In this document: positions 10,570 to 15,451 of the stretch, in pieces
Position numbering within the stretch: the first letter of the stretch is position 1
How the letters are laid out: each line of letters opens with the position of its first letter
Source: a virus
Virus record (IMG/VR): IMGVR_UViG_3300050505_000217
Strand: one strand, 5' to 3'
Length of the DNA stretch: 15,451 nt
Notes under the pieces: model-generated
What the model was told of the DNA's origin: nothing
The model's input: only the letters and a program-made list of their open reading frames with translations
Databases searched by the model: none
Translations under genes and position numbers: made by a program

Positions 10570-12245
10570 CCGCTGTCGCCGCCGCCGCCACCACCGACCA
10601 CCTGTCGGTCGTGTTCCACCGTCCGGTCGCCGCCGCCGGCGCCACCGGGGCGCGCACCGTCGGCGGGCTCGCCGTGCCGTGGGGGGTGCCGGGCCGGGTC
10701 GCCGACGGCCGTACCGTCGTGTTCGACCCCGGTTCGTTGGACGCCGCCGCCCGCCCGGTCGCGTTGCGCGACCACGACCGGGGCCGCGCCGTCGGACGGG
10801 TGGTCGACGCCGTCGACACCGGCGCCGGGATCGACGCCACCGTCCGCCTCGCCCCCCAGGTGCCCGACGCCGACCAGGTGTTGGCGTTGGCCGCCGACGG
10901 GGTGCCGTTGATGTTCTCGGTGGGGGCCACCCCGACCGACGCCGACTACGACGCCGACGGCACGTTGCACGTCCGTGCCGGCACCTGGGACGAGTTGTCG
11001 ATTCTCACGTTCGGCGCGTTCGGCGGGGCCACCGTCGACCGTGTCGCCGCCGCTGCAACCACCGGAGGAACCATGCCACCCGACCTGCTCACGTTGGACG
11101 ACGACGAGTCGACGCCGGACGAACCCGACGCCCCGCCCGAACCCGACCCCGACGCCCCCGACCCCGCCGACGGCGCCGAACACGTCACGCTCGAGCCGGT
11201 CACCGCGGCCGCCGGGTTCCGCCCGTTCCGCCGCGCCGCGGCGGCACGGGCCCATCCGTTCGCCGGTGTCGACCTGGCGACGCTGTCGCGCTACATCGCC
11301 GCCGCCGCCACGTCGGCCGACCCCCGGATCGTCGGCCACGTCCAGCGGGTGTTGACGTCGCCGGGCGCCCGGGCGTTCCCGTTGGACGCCCCGATCGCCG
11401 CCGCCCTCACCGACGTGACCCTGGTCGGCACCAACAACGTCGGCGCCGCCTACCGTCCCGGCTACCAGGCCGAGTTGGTCGACATCGTGTCGCACGGCTC
11501 GCCGGCGGTCGACATGGTCCGCCAGGGGAACCTCGAGCGGGGCGACTATCCGAACAAGACGTTCAACAAGTGGACCAAGGTGCCGACCGTCGCCCTGCAG
11601 TCCGCCGAGAAGGTGGCGATCAACACGACCCCCGTCCAGATCGTCCCGACCGCGGTGCCGGTGCAGACGTGGGCGACCGGCAACGACATCTCCCAACAGG
11701 CCCTGGATTTCGGGTCGCCGTCGTTCATCGACGACTACATCCGGGCCGCCGGCGTGTCCTACGCGTCGGTGATCGACACGTACGCGGTGACCGCCCTGTT
11801 GGCCGCGGCGACTGACGTGCCGACCGTGCTGGGCGACAAGCTGCCGGTGATCATCGGCAAGCTGTTCGCCGCGTTGAACCCGGCCAACGTCCCGGCCGGA
11901 CCGATGGTGATGTTGGTGTCGTGGGATCTCGGCGCCGGCGCCATGGGGATCGTCGGCCAGGACAACGCCCCGGTGTTCTGGGACGGCACCGTCAATTTCG
12001 GATCGTTCACCCCGTCGGTCGACATGGGCGGGCTCACCGTCCAGGTCGACCCGAACATGCCCGCCAACACCGCGATCCTGATGTTGGCCAACGCGGCGAC
12101 CTGGTACGACCTGCCCGGCACCCCGTTCAGCCTGCGGGCGATCAACGTCGGCCAGTTGGGCCTCGACGTCGCCGTGTACGGCTACGGCGCCCTGGGCGTG
12201 CAATACCAGGGGGCGATCGTCAAGACGACGGTGCCGCAGACGTGA
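10566..12245 (+). CDS. Prohead protease - major capsid protein fusion
   Basis: GTG 10566 overlaps the portal stop (GTGA). The N-terminal ~165 aa resemble the HK97-type (S78) prohead protease, with His in LRDHDRG and Ser in LMFSVG. A Pro/Asp acidic linker follows, then a ~330-aa HK97-fold capsid-like region. It is one uninterrupted frame. The portion of the 858-aa track ORF upstream of 10566 is Arg-rich and overlaps the portal gene. Confidence 0.75.
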   Translation: MTAVAAAATTDHLSVVFHRPVAAAGATGARTVGGLAVPWGVPGRVADGRTVVFDPGSLDAAARPVALRDHDRGRAVGRVVDAVDTGAGIDATVRLAPQVPDADQVLALAADGVPLMFSVGATPTDADYDADGTLHVRAGTWDELSILTFGAFGGATVDRVAAAATTGGTMPPDLLTLDDDESTPDEPDAPPEPDPDAPDPADGAEHVTLEPVTAAAGFRPFRRAAAARAHPFAGVDLATLSRYIAAAATSADPRIVGHVQRVLTSPGARAFPLDAPIAAALTDVTLVGTNNVGAAYRPGYQAELVDIVSHGSPAVDMVRQGNLERGDYPNKTFNKWTKVPTVALQSAEKVAINTTPVQIVPTAVPVQTWATGNDISQQALDFGSPSFIDDYIRAAGVSYASVIDTYAVTALLAAATDVPTVLGDKLPVIIGKLFAALNPANVPAGPMVMLVSWDLGAGAMGIVGQDNAPVFWDGTVNFGSFTPSVDMGGLTVQVDPNMPANTAILMLANAATWYDLPGTPFSLRAINVGQLGLDVAVYGYGALGVQYQGAIVKTTVPQT

Positions 12246-12649
12246 CGGTGGCGTGGACGTCGCCGGCGACGGTGTCGACCGCCCTGGGCGGCACCGTCGA
12301 GGCCGACGACGTCTACCTGGCCGCCTGTTGCGACGCCGCCAACGCGTGGGCGTTCCGCAAACGGCTCGAGGCCGGCTACCACGACGACCCGTTGGACGGT
12401 GCCGCCGCCCCGTCCCCCGACGTCGCAATGGGCGCCACGTTGTACGCGGTGGCGTTGTGGCGTGAACGTGCCGCCACCGACGGCTATCCGTCGTTCGAGG
12501 ATCTCGCCACGTACGCCCCGACCGGCGGGTCGTCGGGTCAGATCCGCCGCCTGTTGGGGATCGGCCGGCCCGCCACCGACGCCGGCGCGCTCGACCCCGC
12601 CACCGTCGCCGCCTACCGGGCCCGACGCGTCGCACGGTGGTCGCGGTGA
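12242..12649 (+). CDS. Head-tail adaptor (gp6-like connector)
   Basis: GTG 12242 overlaps the capsid stop (GTGA). The 135-aa product sits directly after the capsid gene, and the N-terminal style (..DDVYLAACCDAANAWAFRKR..) is typical of gp6-like connectors. Confidence 0.6.
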   Translation: MTVAWTSPATVSTALGGTVEADDVYLAACCDAANAWAFRKRLEAGYHDDPLDGAAAPSPDVAMGATLYAVALWRERAATDGYPSFEDLATYAPTGGSSGQIRRLLGIGRPATDAGALDPATVAAYRARRVARWSR

Positions 12650-13014
12650 CCGCGTCGATCAGCGCCGAGCGTGCCGGGATGGCCGACAAGTTGAACGCCG
12701 CCGGCGACCCGGCCCTGTTCGCCGCCACCGTCGACCCGGCCGCCAACCCGCCGATGATCCTGGTCGACGCCGCCAGCTACGACACCGCCGCCGGGCCCGG
12801 CGGATGGTCGGTCACGATCCCGGTGCGCGTCGTCGTGCCCGCGCCGGGCGACGCCGCCGCGCTGGCCCTGTTGGAAGCCGCCGTCGAAGCGGTCTACGCG
12901 GTGCTGGGGTTCGCCCCGGCCGAACCGCGGCCGTGGGCACCGAACCCCAACGTCGCCGCCCTGCCCGCCTACACGCTCACCTATCCGCGTCGGATCCCCA
13001 ATCCGACCTGTTGA
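12646..13014 (+). CDS. Neck / tail-terminator-like protein
   Basis: GTG 12646 overlaps the upstream stop (GTGA); GTG 12637 is the alternative. The 122-aa product lies between the adaptor and the major tail protein. Function is inferred from position only. Confidence 0.4.
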   Translation: MTASISAERAGMADKLNAAGDPALFAATVDPAANPPMILVDAASYDTAAGPGGWSVTIPVRVVVPAPGDAAALALLEAAVEAVYAVLGFAPAEPRPWAPNPNVAALPAYTLTYPRRIPNPTC

Positions 13015-13026
13015 ACAGAGGTTCCG

Positions 13027-13524
13027 ATGCCCCAGTCCCTGATGGTCTACACGTTCCCCAAGCTGGTCATCGCCGACACCCAGGCCGGTTTGGACACCGC
13101 CACCGAGACGTACGAATGCCAGGTGACCGCGGCAACCATCGATCCGACGGTGGCGTTCGCCACCGTGCCGTCGACCGGTTGCACCGGCCCGTCCCAGTCG
13201 CCCGGCACACCGTCGTGGACCCTCAACCTGGCCTGGCTGCAGGATTGGGCCGCACCCGCCGGCGGCCTGTCCGGCTACGCGTTCACCAACCGCAACACGC
13301 AGAAATGGGTCCGGTTGGTGCCCGACAAGAACGACGTCGCGGTGGCCGGCGAGGGACAGGTGTGGATCGCCCCGGGCCGGATGGGCGGCACGTTCGGCGA
13401 CGGGTCCGCCGGTGTCGCCGAGGCCGCCTGGCAGTTCATCGGCGAACCGTCGTTCGATTTCCCGGCGACCACCGTCGCCGCCGACACCGCCGACACCGCC
13501 GCCGACGACGCCGTCGCGGTCTGA
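13027..13524 (+). CDS. Major tail protein
   Basis: ATG 13027 lies after AGAGG. The 165-aa product is beta-rich and Thr/Ala-rich with an acidic C-terminus. It occupies the canonical slot upstream of the tape measure. Confidence 0.6.
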   Translation: MPQSLMVYTFPKLVIADTQAGLDTATETYECQVTAATIDPTVAFATVPSTGCTGPSQSPGTPSWTLNLAWLQDWAAPAGGLSGYAFTNRNTQKWVRLVPDKNDVAVAGEGQVWIAPGRMGGTFGDGSAGVAEAAWQFIGEPSFDFPATTVAADTADTAADDAVAV

Positions 13525-13526
13525 CC

Positions 13527-13940
13527 GTGGCCGCGTCGGGGGCGTTGCGCGCCGTCGCCGACCGGGTCGACGCCGCCGCCGCCGCCGTGTTCGACCGGCT
13601 CGAGTCCGAGGCGCGTCCGGTCGTGGCCCGCATCGGCGGGCCGGCGTTGCGCGGCAAGAAACGCCGCGGCCTGCCCGTCGCCCTGGCCCGCAACCAACAC
13701 CCCGACCTCACCGCCGACGGCGGCACGTTCCGCGTCCAGGGCACGGTGCCGGGATGGTTGTGGGCCAACACCGGCACCCGCCCCCACCGCATCCCCCGCC
13801 GTCGTAGCGGCCCGGAACGTCGGATGATCCTGCGCCATCCCGGGTCGCCGGGCCGGCACCGTTGGCGTCTCGTCGTCGCCGAGATCGGCCGTCTCGCCCC
13901 GCGAATCGTTCGCGACGAAATCGCCCGGGCTGTCAGGTAG
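13527..13940 (+). CDS. HK97 gp10-like head-tail joining / tail completion protein
   Basis: GTG 13527 lies 2 nt after the upstream stop. ANTGTRPHRIPRRRSGPERRMILRHPGSPG resembles the G-T..H.I.P......L.F.......HPG signature I associate with the gp10 family. GC3 is high. The 5' part of the 513-aa track ORF is off-frame junk overlapping three genes. Confidence 0.45.
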   Translation: MAASGALRAVADRVDAAAAAVFDRLESEARPVVARIGGPALRGKKRRGLPVALARNQHPDLTADGGTFRVQGTVPGWLWANTGTRPHRIPRRRSGPERRMILRHPGSPGRHRWRLVVAEIGRLAPRIVRDEIARAVR

Positions 13941-13947
13941 CCGACGA

Positions 13948-15435
13948 ATGGCCGAGAAAGTCCAAGTCGACGTCGAGCTGACCGGCGCCGCCAAGACGGT
14001 CGGCGGGCTCGAGGACGTCGCCGACGCCGCCGCGCACGTCGAGGACCACGACGCCGTCACCGTCACCGCCGACGCCGACGTCCACGACGCCCGCCGCGGC
14101 CTGGACGACGTCGCCACCGCCGCCGACGAGCTCGACGGCACCGACGCCACGATCACCGCCCGGTTGACCAACCAGACGTCGGGGCCGCTGGCGGACATCT
14201 TCGGTGATCTCGACAAGCTGTCGACCCGGGCGAAAGAGGCCGGCGACAAACTGGACGCCGTCGGCTCACCCGACCGTGGCAAGTTCTCGGCCAAGGGTCA
14301 GGCGATCTCGGATCTGACCGGCCCACTCGGCGACGTGTCGGGGACGGCGTCGGACGTCGCCGGCGTGTTCGACGGACTCGGCGACACCCTCGAGGGACTC
14401 GGCGCCAAGATGGGGGTGTCGACCGAGGCGATCATGGGGTCGTTGGGGGCGATCGGGTTCGGGGTGACCGCGGCGATCACGGCGTGGTCCTATTTCCGTC
14501 AGAAACAGGACGAGGCCCAGGCCGCACTCAAGAAGACGGCCGACGAGCAACGCAAACTGGCCGACCTGTTGAGAGAGGCCAAGTACGGCGAGGCCGCCCA
14601 GTCACTGGTCGACACGTACGGCAAGGTGTACGACGCCGCCCACAAGGCCGGGATCGGTGTCGAGGAAGTCACCAACTTTCTCGCCGGCTACACCGACGAC
14701 CTGCCCACCGCGACGGCCCACATTCAGGACATCGCCAAGGCCCAACACGACCACGGCGAGACGACCGCCACCCTGATCGCCGCCTATTCCCAGTTGATCG
14801 ACCCGGTGCTGTCGGCCCGTGACGGGATCGACAAGGCGAACGACTCGATCAAGACACAGGACGATCGGACCAAGGACGCCACCGAGGCGCTGCAGGCCCA
14901 TGCCACGTCGGCGGGGGTGGCGGCCGACGCCCAGCAACGGTTGAAAGACAAGACCGAACGTCTCGGCACGGCGTTCGACACCCTGTCCGGGAAGGTCGAT
15001 CTCGACGCCGAGTTCCACCAGTTCGAGGCGTCGATGGATACGGCGATGACGAACACGCAGAACGGCATCGCGATCACCGTCGCCGACGTCGACGGATACA
15101 AACGTGACCTGGTCGACCTGGCCCGCACCGCCGGCGCCAACCCGGTCGACGTCCAGTCGACGTTGAAGAAGTTGGACGCCGGCGACTACGCCGCGGTCAA
15201 GTCCGACGCCGAGCGTTACTACCAGAACAACCCGGTGGCGGTCGCCGCCCGGTTGCAGTTGGCCCGCAACATCGCCGTGCCGCCCGGTGTCATCGGCGCC
15301 TCACTCGGCGCCACCGCCGCGCCGGTGGTCAACGTGACCCAGTACCTGCCCCGCGGGTGGCGTGGTGACGCCCTGGGCGACGCCCGCCGCCAGGCCCGTC
15401 GCGCCGGCGGCCTGTATCAACGGTTCTCCCGATGA
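13948..15435 (+). CDS. Tape measure protein
   Basis: The 495-aa product is long, helical and Ala/Asp/Lys-rich, with a central hydrophobic segment (GSLGAIGFGVTAAITAW). It lies between the tail-shaft genes and the minor tail genes. Its stop overlaps the minor tail ATG (15432-15435, the same bases as 108-111). Confidence 0.75.
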   Translation: MAEKVQVDVELTGAAKTVGGLEDVADAAAHVEDHDAVTVTADADVHDARRGLDDVATAADELDGTDATITARLTNQTSGPLADIFGDLDKLSTRAKEAGDKLDAVGSPDRGKFSAKGQAISDLTGPLGDVSGTASDVAGVFDGLGDTLEGLGAKMGVSTEAIMGSLGAIGFGVTAAITAWSYFRQKQDEAQAALKKTADEQRKLADLLREAKYGEAAQSLVDTYGKVYDAAHKAGIGVEEVTNFLAGYTDDLPTATAHIQDIAKAQHDHGETTATLIAAYSQLIDPVLSARDGIDKANDSIKTQDDRTKDATEALQAHATSAGVAADAQQRLKDKTERLGTAFDTLSGKVDLDAEFHQFEASMDTAMTNTQNGIAITVADVDGYKRDLVDLARTAGANPVDVQSTLKKLDAGDYAAVKSDAERYYQNNPVAVAARLQLARNIAVPPGVIGASLGATAAPVVNVTQYLPRGWRGDALGDARRQARRAGGLYQRFSR

Positions 15436-15451
15436 CCCGCACCGGCGACGT
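15325..15451. repeat. Terminal exact direct repeat, copy B (same as 1..127)
   Basis: See copy A. It contains the tape measure stop and the first 20 nt of the minor tail gene (15432..15451, the same bases as 108..127). Confidence 0.95.

Noticed and set aside
11090-11170. Repetitive ccc-gac / gac-gcc tract resembling a short tandem repeat
   Set aside because: It is the in-frame coding sequence of a Pro/Asp acidic linker (DEPDAPPEPDPDAPDPADG). It has no regular repeat unit or spacer structure, so it is neither a CRISPR array nor a satellite.
12399-13526. The 5' extension of the 513-aa ORF upstream of GTG 13527
   Set aside because: It overlaps three better-supported genes (adaptor, neck, major tail) and is Arg/Pro/Gly-rich. 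Only the last 137 codons look like protein.

Overview
The window is one complete, circularly closed genome. Positions 1-127 are identical to 15325-15451, so the unique length is 15,324 bp. It looks like a very small, very high-GC, siphovirus-type tailed phage of the kind that infects Actinobacteria. All 24 distinct genes I can support are on the + strand and tightly packed, with at least eight ATGA/GTGA stop-start overlaps. Reading round the circle, the order is:
- Tail and lysis genes: tape measure (wraps the window junction), two minor tail proteins, a 55-aa ORF, an amidase endolysin and a holin-like protein.
- A ~700-bp structured non-coding region (3275-3973).
- Early/accessory genes: a hypothetical protein, a winged-HTH protein, a small membrane protein, a zinc ribbon, a recombinase-domain HTH protein, a truncated C5-methyltransferase-like protein, a second mini zinc ribbon and a DpdA/TGT-like transglycosylase.
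- Packaging and head genes: HNH endonuclease, small and large terminase, a 54-aa ORF, portal, a prohead-protease/major-capsid fusion, head-tail adaptor, a neck/terminator-like protein, major tail protein and an HK97-gp10-like protein.

The best candidate for something undescribed is the translationally linked module at 5442-7006. It has a minimal C5-MTase-like core, a duplicated zinc ribbon and an orphan DpdA-like DNA transglycosylase, in a genome with no recognisable 7-deazaguanine biosynthesis genes.

Other points worth checking are a G7 slippery tract where the coding signal changes frame (4778-4784), a dense GTCAC/GTGAC palindrome array and long hairpins in the non-coding region, a perfect 22-bp palindrome at the terminase stop codon, and a 134-nt TerS/TerL overlap.

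All family assignments come from motif recognition by eye. No database search was run. No tRNA, rRNA or CRISPR array was seen.
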